This document shows positions 26,658-36,613 of a stretch of 55,302 bases of DNA, piece after piece. Position numbers and translations under genes: made by a program. This DNA comes from an uncultured virus (IMG/VR IMGVR_UViG_3300028833_000093) (taxonomy: Duplodnaviria > Heunggongvirae > Uroviricota > Caudoviricetes). The notes below the pieces were generated by a model. It saw only the letters and a program-made list of their open reading frames with translations. It was not told where the DNA came from and did not search any database. The DNA is taken from the IMG/VR virus record IMGVR_UViG_3300028833_000093; one strand, 5' to 3'. Within the stretch, counting starts at the first letter, position 1. Each line of letters begins with the position of its first letter.

Positions 26658-28053
26658 AAAAATCAATATTCTTATAGTACATTACAATACACCTAAACTA
26701 ACCGAGTGTTTGGTGAAAAGCATCAATAAATTTGTTGGTGCTAATTGTACTATTTATATTTTCGACAATAGTGACAAAAATCCGTTCAGATACAAGCAAG
26801 ATAATATTGTCTTGTTTGATAATACACAAGGACAAATCATCAATTTTGAAAACTGGTTGGAACAGTTTACAAAAAAAGGAAATGTTGCAGCAGCGGATGG
26901 TGGGAGAAGAATAAGTGCTAGACATTGTATTTCAGTAGACAAGTGTTTTGACTTAATAAATGATAACTTTATATTATTGGACAGCGATATACTATTAAAA
27001 AAAGACATATCAGTATTATACGATGATAAATATCTGTTTTGTGGTCAGCTAGAAAAAAACTTAAAAAATATAATTCGTCTAACACCGTATCTTTGTTTTA
27101 TAAATGTTAATAAATGCAAAGAATTAAATCTCAGATATTTCGATAAAAATAGAATGCACGGTTTAATAATGGGGAGCGGGAACTGGTACGATACTGGCGC
27201 GGCTTTTTATTTTCATGCAAATAAGTATCCCCACAATTTAATTAAATTAGATGATTATATTGTCCATTATAAAGGAGCTTCATGGGACCATAATTATGTC
27301 AACAATAAAAAAGTGCACGGAGAGTTAACTCCGGACGAATGGATATATAAGCATAGTGATTTATATAAAGACAATCTTAAGACAAAAGTTATATACACAT
27401 GCATAACCGGTGGATATGAGAATATAGTGGATCCGTCTTATGTACAAGATGATTTTGATTATATATGTTTTACTGATAATACAAACCAAAATTCAAAAGT
27501 ATGGCAATTTAGACCTATACCAAGTGAATTACAAAATTTATCCAAAATTAAACAGCAAAGAATAATTAAAATTTGTCCTCATAAATATTTACCTTCACAT
27601 TACAAAGAATCTATATGGGTGGATGGTGCTATAGATATATTGGGAGATATGAATGAATTTATACAAAACTATTGCAATAACCCGAATAAAAGTGTATATA
27701 TCAGAAAACATCCTAAACGGAATTGTCTATATATTGAAGCAAATATATGTATGCGTATGAAGAAAGATACCCCGACAAATATATATCCTCAGATTAAAAA
27801 ATATAGGGCACAAAAATTTCCAGAAAACTCAGGTTTAGTTGAAAGTAATATTATTTACCGGAAACATAATAATTCATATTGTGTTCGATTGATGAATGCA
27901 TGGGCGGATGAGATAAAAAATGGGTCGCATAGAGACCAATTGTCTTTTAATTATTGTCTTTGGAAAATTGGTAATTCGGGATTTCAATATTTAGATACAA
28001 AATTAGTAAACAGCAAATATTTTAAGTGGTATAGTCACCATGATAGAAAATAA
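26647..28053 (+). CDS. Two-domain glycosyltransferase (GT2-like + DUF616/MUCI70-like)
   Basis: IVHYNT...IFDNS, LLDSD; VIYTCITGGYE, ICFTD, SIWVDG, HPKRNCLY, RDQLSF. Confidence 0.8.
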   Translation: MMNKKINILIVHYNTPKLTECLVKSINKFVGANCTIYIFDNSDKNPFRYKQDNIVLFDNTQGQIINFENWLEQFTKKGNVAAADGGRRISARHCISVDKCFDLINDNFILLDSDILLKKDISVLYDDKYLFCGQLEKNLKNIIRLTPYLCFINVNKCKELNLRYFDKNRMHGLIMGSGNWYDTGAAFYFHANKYPHNLIKLDDYIVHYKGASWDHNYVNNKKVHGELTPDEWIYKHSDLYKDNLKTKVIYTCITGGYENIVDPSYVQDDFDYICFTDNTNQNSKVWQFRPIPSELQNLSKIKQQRIIKICPHKYLPSHYKESIWVDGAIDILGDMNEFIQNYCNNPNKSVYIRKHPKRNCLYIEANICMRMKKDTPTNIYPQIKKYRAQKFPENSGLVESNIIYRKHNNSYCVRLMNAWADEIKNGSHRDQLSFNYCLWKIGNSGFQYLDTKLVNSKYFKWYSHHDRK

Positions 28054-28067
28054 AGGATATGTGAATT

Positions 28068-28937
28068 ATGACACCTATATTTAAGCCGGTATTTGATAAA
28101 AATGGTAGTATTGTTAATACCAAAGAATTGAAAGATAAAATGCTGTTGCATTTATCAAAACATGGTATTCGATGCAATCTAAGTAATCCTCAAACAATAC
28201 AAGATAAGTTAAATTATCTATCAATTTATGATGTTAACAATCTAAAGACTCTTTGTGCTGACAAATTACGTGTTCGAGAGTATTGTATTAAAAAATTGGG
28301 TAAAGATATTTGTATACCTCTGATTGCATCTTTTAAGAATACAACTGAAATTAAATGGAAAGAATTACCAAATTCATTTGTTATTAAATGCAATCATGGT
28401 TCAGGTATGAATATAATTGTGAAAGATAAAAATAAAGTAAATGAGATTGAATGTAAACGAAAATTAGAAAAATGGCTCAATACTGATTTTTCTATGCAAA
28501 ACAACTATGAATTACAATATTATAACATACCCAGACGAATAGTTGTTGAAGAGTTGTTAGTAGATGAAAATCAAAAAGATTCTTTATATGATTATAAGTT
28601 TTGGTGTTTTAATGGTGAACCTAAACTATACACTATAAATAATGGACATGGGCATGGAGATATAATGTATTATAGAATGGATGATTCAGAATGTAACTTA
28701 TATGGAGTAAAAGCACATACCGATTATAAAAAACCAAATAATTTTGATTTAATGGTTGAATATACTAAGAAATTGTCATCCGATTTTAAGTTTGTCCGTG
28801 TTGACTTTTATGAAGTGAATGATAAAGTTTACTTGGGTGAGTTAACATTCACTCCAGGAGCAAATATATTTAAGTATAAAAATCCCGAAACAAATAAAAT
28901 GGTGGGAGATATGTTGAAGATTATGATAAAAAAATAA
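28068..28937 (+). CDS. TupA-like ATP-grasp amidoligase
   Basis: ADKLRVREY, FVIKCNHGSG, DYKFWCFNGEP, FVRVDFY, GELTFTPG. Confidence 0.88.
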   Translation: MTPIFKPVFDKNGSIVNTKELKDKMLLHLSKHGIRCNLSNPQTIQDKLNYLSIYDVNNLKTLCADKLRVREYCIKKLGKDICIPLIASFKNTTEIKWKELPNSFVIKCNHGSGMNIIVKDKNKVNEIECKRKLEKWLNTDFSMQNNYELQYYNIPRRIVVEELLVDENQKDSLYDYKFWCFNGEPKLYTINNGHGHGDIMYYRMDDSECNLYGVKAHTDYKKPNNFDLMVEYTKKLSSDFKFVRVDFYEVNDKVYLGELTFTPGANIFKYKNPETNKMVGDMLKIMIKK

Positions 28938-28942
28938 TAATT

Positions 28943-29554
28943 ATGGCAAAAGATTGGACAGGCAATTCACGAGCAGTGTATGGTACGGTAGGTGCAAGCA
29001 ATCACACTGACAAAGAGCGAGAAAAAAACGACTATTACGCAACAAGTCCAAAAGCAATAGAGTGCTTATTGGAAAAAGAGCAGTTTGACCCGAATATTTG
29101 GGAATGCGCTGCAGGAGAAGACCATATCGCTAACGTACTTAGAAAACATGGTTATGTAGTATGGTCTACAGATTTGATTGATAGAACAGGACATACTGAA
29201 GTGCTTGATTTCTTAGAATCGCACAATCATTTCTGGGGAGATATCGTAACAAATCCACCATATAAGTATGCACAAGAATTTGTTGAGCATGCACTTGAGC
29301 TGGTTCAACCAGGGAACAAAGTAGCGATGTATTTGAAGCTTACGTTCTTAGAAGGAAAGAACAGACAGCGTCTGTTCAACCAGAGAAACCTAAAGACTGT
29401 ATATGTGATGGCAGGTAGAATGGGATGTGCCAAGAACGGTGAGTTCTCGAATAAGGAACAGCAAACCGAGTCGGGAGCTGTGGCTTTCGCTTGGTTCGTA
29501 TGGGAGAAAGGTTATAACGGAGACCCAATCATAAAATGGCTTAATACGAAATGA
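28943..29554 (+). CDS. DNA (N6-adenine/N4-cytosine) methyltransferase, phage type
   Basis: DYYATSP, IWECAAG, DIVTNPPY, FAWFVW. Confidence 0.85.
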   Translation: MAKDWTGNSRAVYGTVGASNHTDKEREKNDYYATSPKAIECLLEKEQFDPNIWECAAGEDHIANVLRKHGYVVWSTDLIDRTGHTEVLDFLESHNHFWGDIVTNPPYKYAQEFVEHALELVQPGNKVAMYLKLTFLEGKNRQRLFNQRNLKTVYVMAGRMGCAKNGEFSNKEQQTESGAVAFAWFVWEKGYNGDPIIKWLNTK

Positions 29555-31455
29555 TAAAGAATATAGCAATTGTAGATATTGGGTGGAAACAAATAAATCC
29601 TGAGAATCCAACTGCTGAAGCGCTTGGAGGTTCAGAAACTTGGTTGGTACAGATTTCTAAAGAGTTTTCTTATCGAGGACATGTAGATGTATATTGTAAT
29701 ATTAAGCAAGATTATTATCGGGTCAATGATAATCTTGTGTTTATCAATGCCAATAAGTTTTTACTACACAAAAACCATTATGACTTTATTATTCTCAATA
29801 GGTTCTTCGAGAAAGATGGTATCAATTACATTCGCTATATAAAAGCTAATCAGATGGCAAAGCATGTATATATACAAATGCATGACTTGTCTTTTCTTGT
29901 TGATGACCATCTTTTACCGATTGGGGAAGACGTAAATAAATTCAGCTTAAACGACGATTTCGTGACCGTTGTGACATTAAATGAATGGCACCTTAATAAT
30001 TTGTTATCGCAATATAAATCGCTCGTTAGAAAGCCAATTTATATTCCTAATGGATTAGACTTATCGCTCTTCAAAGAGAATAACGAACCTAGAGACAATC
30101 GTATACTCTGGTCATCATGTGCGGAACGAGGATTAGATATATTGATAAATGACATCTATCCCATTGTAAAAGCACAAATACACGATTTTGGTGTAGATAT
30201 TGCAAGCTACAATGAATACAAAGCAGTAGACACAGATAAAGATGTACAGTATTTAGGTAGATTGTCGAAAGAAGAATTATACAAAGAGCAATCTAAACAC
30301 AAAGTTTGGTTCTATCCAGGTACTTTCGCTGAGACATTCTGTATCACTATGTTGGAGAATATCATCAATGGAGCACAAGTTGTTTCGCCATTCACATACG
30401 GTACAAGAGCTACCATTAAGTATGCGGACTCTATCGGAATGAAAAATAAATTTGAAGGTGAAACTTATAAACAAGCCGTACAAGAAGCAGCAAACAAAAT
30501 CATCGAGATATTAAAAACAGATGGTACAAGACCGAAGATTTATAATGAATATATTGTACCAATGATTAAACGTGAATATCATTGGTGTGGTTCTGTGAAT
30601 ATGTATGAAGGAGATTTCTTTATTAAAAATCATTACGATAAATCAGTCCGGAAGAAGATTCTTATCATGACGATGAGCTGCAATCAACCATTCTTTAAGG
30701 CATTGTTGGGTGCAGTTCGTGACACATGGGGTAAGAAATTATTGCACAATCAGTATAAAGATTGTACTTGGTTCGCATATACCTCATGCGACAAGAAACA
30801 CCCAACTCCGTGTGTAGACTTTGAAGACCATATGGTATATGTGGATTGTGATGACAGTATTTTTAACACCTATGAGAAAACCAAAAAAGCATATAATCTC
30901 ATCAAGAATGTCGGGGTGGAGTTCGATTATGTGGTAAGAACAAACACTTCGGTATATGTAAATATTGATAAGATGATTGAAAAAGTCAATGAAACACCAG
31001 ATGATGCAGTGCTAGGTGGTATGGTGGGTTATTATCACAAATTCCCGGATGGTCATATGCAATTTATGTGGAATATATTAGTCGGTTTGTTCTTTGGCAT
31101 GTCACGAAAATACTTCAATATTGCTATGTCTGCTACTAATAACTACGACACAATACCTACTTCAGATGATGTGATTATCTCTGGTAAATTACACGAGGTA
31201 TTAGGAGAATTAAAATATATATCACCTAATCCAAACTGTCCTACTACTTTCCCGAGATATAAAGCATACTTACCGGGAGATGAAGATGCAAAAAAGATTC
31301 ACACTCTTACCAATACTACTTTCACTGATGACCCACAGTCTGTAAACAATAATGTGGTAGTTCAGATACGAACGCTGTATGGTGATCTACCGGAGCGAGC
31401 AGAGAAAGGACATGAATTGGAACATTTTTATGAATTATATGATGCACAAGATTAA
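29551..31455 (+). CDS. Two-domain glycosyltransferase (GT-B/GT4-like + GT-A-like)
   Basis: LGGSET, SCAERGLD, ETFCITMLE; C-terminal YEKT, FDYVVRTNTS, SDDV. Confidence 0.78.
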   Translation: MIKNIAIVDIGWKQINPENPTAEALGGSETWLVQISKEFSYRGHVDVYCNIKQDYYRVNDNLVFINANKFLLHKNHYDFIILNRFFEKDGINYIRYIKANQMAKHVYIQMHDLSFLVDDHLLPIGEDVNKFSLNDDFVTVVTLNEWHLNNLLSQYKSLVRKPIYIPNGLDLSLFKENNEPRDNRILWSSCAERGLDILINDIYPIVKAQIHDFGVDIASYNEYKAVDTDKDVQYLGRLSKEELYKEQSKHKVWFYPGTFAETFCITMLENIINGAQVVSPFTYGTRATIKYADSIGMKNKFEGETYKQAVQEAANKIIEILKTDGTRPKIYNEYIVPMIKREYHWCGSVNMYEGDFFIKNHYDKSVRKKILIMTMSCNQPFFKALLGAVRDTWGKKLLHNQYKDCTWFAYTSCDKKHPTPCVDFEDHMVYVDCDDSIFNTYEKTKKAYNLIKNVGVEFDYVVRTNTSVYVNIDKMIEKVNETPDDAVLGGMVGYYHKFPDGHMQFMWNILVGLFFGMSRKYFNIAMSATNNYDTIPTSDDVIISGKLHEVLGELKYISPNPNCPTTFPRYKAYLPGDEDAKKIHTLTNTTFTDDPQSVNNNVVVQIRTLYGDLPERAEKGHELEHFYELYDAQD

Positions 31456-31479
31456 TTTCTTGTGCATTTTTCGTATATT
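31452..31479 (+). promoter_or_regulatory. Putative phage promoter TTAATTT-N15-TATATT
   Basis: Exact motif. Confidence 0.62.
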
Positions 31480-31503
31480 GAATTGTAACAACTTACAAAG
31501 CTT

Positions 31504-31767
31504 ATGAAATTAGGAGTTCGCGTTTCAGACATCTACGGCACTGCAAAAATTCAAATCGACGTTGAAAATCCCACCAAGGAGAACATACTCGAAGCTATCG
31601 AAGCGAATTACTCGGAAATTCGCAAACAGATTGATGGTATAATGGGAGGACATATTGTTGTTTGCAAACCAACTCTCACTGAGTACTACGGCGAAGCTGT
31701 TGCAACAGGTTCTATTCTGTACTACGGAATACCTGCCGGACATCGTATCGATCTTAACATGTTATAA
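31504..31767 (+). CDS. Hypothetical protein
   Basis: 87-aa ORF downstream of the promoter motif. Confidence 0.65.
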   Translation: MKLGVRVSDIYGTAKIQIDVENPTKENILEAIEANYSEIRKQIDGIMGGHIVVCKPTLTEYYGEAVATGSILYYGIPAGHRIDLNML

Positions 31768-31810
31768 ATCAACACGTTATAAAAATTATGAAAAAATTTT
31801 TATGATATAG

Positions 31811-31838
31811 TTAATTTCTAAGGAATTTTAATTATATT
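31811..31838 (+). promoter_or_regulatory. Putative promoter for the Y-RNA/Ro60 locus
   Basis: TTAATTT-N15-TATATT; boxA-like gaactttgacat at 31852. Confidence 0.65.
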
Positions 31839-31871
31839 AGTATTGTCTTTTGAACTTTGACATATTATAAC

Positions 31872-32043
31872 GAAAAAGTCAATAGTGTGTGACTGTGTTA
31901 CTTCGATAAACATGAATTGATCTTAAGAAATGTGAAACAAGAACCAGTCCGTCTACTGAATACTACTGGTAACCACCGAACAATCGGCCCCAGTTGTATT
32001 GAAAAGACAAAAACAACACGATCCAGTGTTCTTTGACTTTTTC
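31872..32043 (+). ncRNA. Putative Y RNA 1
   Basis: gaaaaagtcaa/ttgactttttc closing stem; tagtgtg...gttacttcg 5' motif; cagtgttct 3' motif; upstream of Ro60. Confidence 0.6.
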
Positions 32044-32058
32044 TTTTTTGAATATTAA

Positions 32059-32162
32059 AAATACATGGCGACGAGAACGGGTTTCATCGGTTATTTTAAG
32101 TTCGACTCTTAATTTTTCTGCCCTAAGGAAAAAATACACCCTCCTCATTTATTCCTGTATTT
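32059..32162 (+). ncRNA. Putative Y RNA 2 (YrlA-like, with T-arm)
   Basis: aaataca/tgtattt; ggcgacgag...gtttcatcg; ttaag-ttcgact-cttaa T-arm; catttattcc. Confidence 0.65.
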
Positions 32163-32171
32163 GCACTATAT

Positions 32172-32254
32172 ATTACTTGGTGAAGGTATGACATACTTCG
32201 ATAATTACAGTTTTCAATCATCAATAGCTTCTGTCTACCGCTTGTTCCAGTAAT
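32172..32254 (+). ncRNA. Putative Y RNA 3
   Basis: attact/agtaat; ggtgaag-gtatgaca-tacttcg ... tgtctacc-gcttgttcc. Confidence 0.68.
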
Positions 32255-32262
32255 CTAATTTC

Positions 32263-32318
32263 ATCCGGCAAATACGAGTAGACGCTAATCCCCCCCAGTT
32301 CACTTGTATTTACCGGAT
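32263..32318 (+). ncRNA. Long hairpin (Y-like RNA, processing site or attenuator)
   Basis: atccggcaaatacgagt / acttgtatttaccggat with C-rich loop. Confidence 0.4.
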
Positions 32319-32359
32319 ATTTTTATGTTTAACGTAATAAATCAAAAAATCTAAAAACA

Positions 32360-33769
32360 ATGAGTAAAGTAAATCCAACAGTAAAGAATTCTTCAATGGA
32401 GAAGGACATTCGTTTGGCGGGCGGCGCTGGACTTCGTGCCGCAAAACAATCTAACATTCAACAACTTCGTCGTATGACTCTTGCCAACTTGCTTTGGGAG
32501 GATTGTGCATATGTTGACGGAAAGTCTTTGGCAAAAGAAATCGCTCGTTTGATTCCTTTGTGTGCTGCAAAAGATGTAGCTAATTTGGCTCTGGAATGCC
32601 GTTTGGTACAAAAACTCCGTCATACACCTTTGTATATCGCATCTGAGATGTGCAAATATCCCGAGCATCGTGCATTGGTGGGTGATTTACTTCCAAAGAT
32701 AATCACTCGTGCCGATATGATTACCGACTTCTTGGCAATCTATTGGAAAGAGGGTAAGCGTCCACTGGCTAACCAAGCAAAACGCGGTTTGGCTGCTGCA
32801 TTCCATAACTTTGATGAATACCAATTCGCAAAGTACGACCGTGATGCCGAGATTAAACTTCGAGACGTAATGTTCTTGTGTCACCCAAAGGCAACTGATG
32901 AGCAAGAGCAAGAGTTGTTTAACAAAATCGCTGAACGCAATCTTGCTGTTCCTGATACATGGGAGGTTGCACTCTCTGCTGGTGCCGACAAGAAGGAGAC
33001 ATGGACTCGTCTCATCAACACTCACAAGATTGGTGGTATGGCGATGCTTCGTAATATCTCTAATATGATGAAAGCAGATGTAGACCGTAAGGTTATCACA
33101 GAGGGAATCAAAAACCTTCGTGGTGCAATGCTTTTGCCTCTTGACTACTTGAAGGCTGCTCGTATGTGTCCTCAATTTGAGCGTGAAATCGAAGACAAGA
33201 TGCTTGATTCTTACAAGAGTTTACCAAAACTTCCGGGTAAGACATTGTTTATTGTTGACGTTTCTGGTTCAATGGGTTCAGTAACCTCTAGTGGTACTTC
33301 ATTTACTCGTCTTGACCAAGCATGTGCAATGGCAATGTTGGCCGCAAACCAATGCGAAGACTACGAACTTGTTACAACAGCCGGTGATGACTGGGCTAGT
33401 AAGGGAGCACACGAGTGGATTCAATATCCTAAGAAAGGCTTCGGTCTTGCTCAACAAATCTACGATACAAAACGCAATATTGGGGAAGGAGGTATCTTTA
33501 CTCGTCAAGTGCTCGAGTGGTCAAAGAAAAAGTTCGCAGGTGAGGTATTCGACCGTATCATCATCTTCTCTGACTCACAAGACTGTGACCGAGTAGATAA
33601 GACTCCTCATCCATTCGGCATCAACAACTATATCTGTGACGTATCAGCACATCAACATGGTGTAAACTATCGTGGTTGTTGGACTGCTGAAATCAGTGGT
33701 TGGTCAGAGCACTTTATCACATATATTGCTGCTTTGGAAGGTCTTGAGAACACCTTTAACGAAGAGTAA
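32360..33769 (+). CDS. TROVE-domain Ro60/Rsr RNA-binding protein with vWA domain
   Basis: KLRHTP, FDEYQFAKYD, LRDVMFLCHPK, TWEVALSA, GMAMLRNI, MIDAS VDVSGSM, IIFSDSQ. Confidence 0.93.
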   Translation: MSKVNPTVKNSSMEKDIRLAGGAGLRAAKQSNIQQLRRMTLANLLWEDCAYVDGKSLAKEIARLIPLCAAKDVANLALECRLVQKLRHTPLYIASEMCKYPEHRALVGDLLPKIITRADMITDFLAIYWKEGKRPLANQAKRGLAAAFHNFDEYQFAKYDRDAEIKLRDVMFLCHPKATDEQEQELFNKIAERNLAVPDTWEVALSAGADKKETWTRLINTHKIGGMAMLRNISNMMKADVDRKVITEGIKNLRGAMLLPLDYLKAARMCPQFEREIEDKMLDSYKSLPKLPGKTLFIVDVSGSMGSVTSSGTSFTRLDQACAMAMLAANQCEDYELVTTAGDDWASKGAHEWIQYPKKGFGLAQQIYDTKRNIGEGGIFTRQVLEWSKKKFAGEVFDRIIIFSDSQDCDRVDKTPHPFGINNYICDVSAHQHGVNYRGCWTAEISGWSEHFITYIAALEGLENTFNEE

Positions 33770-33789
33770 AATCTTTGTTGGAATATATG

Positions 33790-33823
33790 AAAGACAGATG
33801 CAAATTATTGTGTCTGTCTTTTT
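33790..33823 (+). terminator. Intrinsic terminator
   Basis: aagacagatgcaa / ttgtgtctgtctt plus T-tract. Confidence 0.65.
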
Positions 33824-33873
33824 ATATGGGTTGAGTATTTGATTATTATTTATCATAATGAAAAGTATTGCTT

Positions 33874-34680
33874 ATGAATAATGAAGAATATATAAAGTGG
33901 CAGGACGAAGTTGATATGAATTTTATCCAACGGGTTCAAGCTGAGGTAACCCAATCATGTGCATTGCCTTTCGCAGTACCGCTAGACCGAATTCCTGCAT
34001 TCATTCTTCAAGCCGCCGAGTGGTTCTGGCTGAACTGCGACTGGTGCTCAGAAGAACGTATGTATGTGATTAAGAATGATGAATTCTGTAAAGGCGGTAT
34101 GAACAAAATCGTTACATTACCAAATCGTATCATTGGAGTGCATGGTGTGTATCGTGTACAATCACAAATGCGATATGGGGCAATGGGTGATTTCTCCTTG
34201 GAACGTATGATGATGAGCTCATACTCTCAATTTGGTGGAGTCGGTTCAATCGGAGGTGGAGTCGTACAGGGTAGTCCTGGTATGGCAGGTTATTCGCTTA
34301 CCGATGTCGTTTCAAGCTTATATGAGGTAGATACTTTCAATCAAGTGCTCAACGCACCACTTACATACGATTATAATATCTTGTCGCATAAACTTGTCGT
34401 TTTAGGCGATTTGAAATGGCAAGATGTACTTATCAATTGTTATGTACGCAATAAGATACAAGACTTATACAATTTTTATTATTTCTTTAGATTTGTTGTG
34501 TGCTTGACAAAAATGTCATTAAGCAGAATATACGGAACATTCGAGTTCAAACTTCCTGGTGGGGTTACAATCAACTATTCTACCTTTAGTGATGAGGCAG
34601 ATAAAGAATTAGATGAAATCAAGGAATGGGTACAAAACCACAATGGTGTATCGTACTTCTTCCAACCTAGCACATTATAA
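33874..34680 (+). CDS. Putative neck protein (T4 gp13-like)
   Basis: C-terminal FKLPGGVTINY...EADKEL motif typical of the gp13 family. Confidence 0.65.
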   Translation: MNNEEYIKWQDEVDMNFIQRVQAEVTQSCALPFAVPLDRIPAFILQAAEWFWLNCDWCSEERMYVIKNDEFCKGGMNKIVTLPNRIIGVHGVYRVQSQMRYGAMGDFSLERMMMSSYSQFGGVGSIGGGVVQGSPGMAGYSLTDVVSSLYEVDTFNQVLNAPLTYDYNILSHKLVVLGDLKWQDVLINCYVRNKIQDLYNFYYFFRFVVCLTKMSLSRIYGTFEFKLPGGVTINYSTFSDEADKELDEIKEWVQNHNGVSYFFQPSTL

Positions 34681-34699
34681 ATAAATGAATTACGTATAT

Positions 34700-35038
34700 A
34701 TGAAAACATTAACAGATTATATTGTAGAGCAATCCAAATCTCCATTCGACGAGATTATTGACTATGCATATGAATGGCTTGATTATATGTACAATGAAGG
34801 TGTTGTAGATTATAACGAGAAAGCAATTATGCGTTGGATTCAAAACAAAGAAAAACCCGACTACAAAGATTTTGTAAAAGGTATTCTCGGTGAACTCAAA
34901 GGAATGGGCAAGAAAACTACCGATATGCTCGAGAAATACCTAAAGACCGGTAAAGGAGCACAAGTAGAGAATGCGATTATTACTGCTATCAATAAATTTT
35001 ACAGTGAGTATTCCGAATATTTAGAGAGATATGCGTAA
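34700..35038 (+). CDS. Hypothetical protein with capsid-targeting-like N-terminus
   Basis: MKTLTDYIVE (second ATG). Confidence 0.65.
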   Translation: MKTLTDYIVEQSKSPFDEIIDYAYEWLDYMYNEGVVDYNEKAIMRWIQNKEKPDYKDFVKGILGELKGMGKKTTDMLEKYLKTGKGAQVENAIITAINKFYSEYSEYLERYA

Positions 35039-35468
35039 TCTATATGAGTCCATATTAAAAAGTACTGGTGCTGGAGCGTTTCATTTTACAAATGATATGC
35101 TTGTTAGATTAGGACATAGCAAATCAGGTTTTGGTACACAATTTAATTTGGAGAAAATGAAACGTGATTTTGATATACCTGATATAAAAGAAGACAATGG
35201 AATTATTTGGTATGTTCTTTGTCATGTAAAATCTAACAAAACACACAAAGAAGCACAAAAGGCATTAGTGCATTCGTTTATATGGGATGGACCTGAAGAC
35301 AAATTCTTTAAAGATATGTTTAAAGGTTATTTGTTGAGTCCAGATAAGTTTGATTTCTTTTGTTATACTGAAGACGAAGTTCCAGGAGAAATTTATGTTG
35401 CTACACATGAAAAACAAGGAGGTAAAGGTGGTACTTCTAGAGCATTATTTACAATTAAATTGAAATAA
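35031..35468 (+). CDS. YESIL-leader hypothetical protein
   Basis: MRNLYESILKSTGAG. Confidence 0.7.
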   Translation: MRNLYESILKSTGAGAFHFTNDMLVRLGHSKSGFGTQFNLEKMKRDFDIPDIKEDNGIIWYVLCHVKSNKTHKEAQKALVHSFIWDGPEDKFFKDMFKGYLLSPDKFDFFCYTEDEVPGEIYVATHEKQGGKGGTSRALFTIKLK

Positions 35469-35472
35469 CAAA

Positions 35473-35844
35473 ATGAAAACAATCAAAGAAAGCATATTAA
35501 GTTCTACCAATTCCGGTAAGAATGCCCCGCTTACCGTAGAATACTTGTTGAAGCAAGGATTTTATACCATGGAAACCAATGCCGGTTCTATTGTGTGTAA
35601 AGAGGGTAGATTGACTACTCATGTATTGCATTATAAGACAGCTGGTGGTAAGTTGTATATTTGGATTCGTTTTTATCACAAGAACGAGTTCGTATTGAAA
35701 GTAATACCTACCATTAAAGATTTAGAGCTTATCGAGAAATATTGGAAAGCAAAAGATGACTCAAAGAGAGCTGAGTCCAATAGATTATTACAAGAAATAT
35801 TAGATAAATACGAAGACGCGCCATTTAGAGCATTAGAAGCATGA
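35473..35844 (+). CDS. YESIL-leader hypothetical protein
   Basis: MKTIKESILSSTNSGKNAPLT. Confidence 0.7.
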   Translation: MKTIKESILSSTNSGKNAPLTVEYLLKQGFYTMETNAGSIVCKEGRLTTHVLHYKTAGGKLYIWIRFYHKNEFVLKVIPTIKDLELIEKYWKAKDDSKRAESNRLLQEILDKYEDAPFRALEA

Positions 35845-36266
35845 AAACCCTATACGAATCTATATTATCAAGTACTGGAGCCGGCGCCATAAGCACTCCT
35901 ATCCAATTTACTGAGCTGTATGACGGGCATCAGTTGAAAAAGATTAAGGAAGATTACATAGATTTTTTCAAAAATTATCCTGGCTTCAGTTCAAAAAAAG
36001 TTGGCTATGCTTTTGATGTGTTCGATGCAAGTTGGTTCAGTGGATGTGATTTACAATTCGCGAAGGACGAAATTGTATATGATAAACTTGGAAAACTCAG
36101 ATTAAGCTATCTAAAAAAACAGGATGGTTCTCCAATTCTATTTAAGGTAAAAGTTAGATTAGGAGATGAATGGGGATGGGTATACTATTTATATATGTAT
36201 AGAAATAAAACTTTTACTGATATCTCTGAAGAATTGGAAAATAGACCTGATATTGTAGAACCATGA
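35841..36266 (+). CDS. YESIL-leader hypothetical protein
   Basis: MKTLYESILSSTGAG. Confidence 0.7.
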   Translation: MKTLYESILSSTGAGAISTPIQFTELYDGHQLKKIKEDYIDFFKNYPGFSSKKVGYAFDVFDASWFSGCDLQFAKDEIVYDKLGKLRLSYLKKQDGSPILFKVKVRLGDEWGWVYYLYMYRNKTFTDISEELENRPDIVEP

Positions 36267-36613
36267 AAAGTTTGTACGAGAGCATATTAGCAAGCACTGG
36301 TTCTGGTAAGAATGCAAAACTTACAGAAGAGTATTTTTTAGAGAAAGGATTTCATAGAACACGTGAAAAAGGTGCTTTTGAAATCATTTTACCAGGTGGG
36401 CACTATTATTACATATACACTTGGAAAGATAAGTTCTATGTGAAAATACCCAGAATAGACAGAGGCATTATACAAGACACAAAACATTTTGTCGAAACAT
36501 ATGCTGACTTTGATTTGGTAATGGATTACTGGAATGCTGTCTCAAACAAATTACCATCTAGTACTATAAAACAAAAGAAAGAATTAGTAAAAAATACACT
36601 AGAACGTTTTTAA
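36263..36613 (+). CDS. YESIL-leader hypothetical protein
   Basis: MKSLYESILASTGSGKNAKLT. Confidence 0.7.
   Translation: MKSLYESILASTGSGKNAKLTEEYFLEKGFHRTREKGAFEIILPGGHYYYIYTWKDKFYVKIPRIDRGIIQDTKHFVETYADFDLVMDYWNAVSNKLPSSTIKQKKELVKNTLERF

Noticed and set aside
31872..32318. CRISPR array
   Set aside because: Only short degenerate motifs (TACTTCGATAA twice) with irregular spacing; no identical repeats with spacers and no cas genes.
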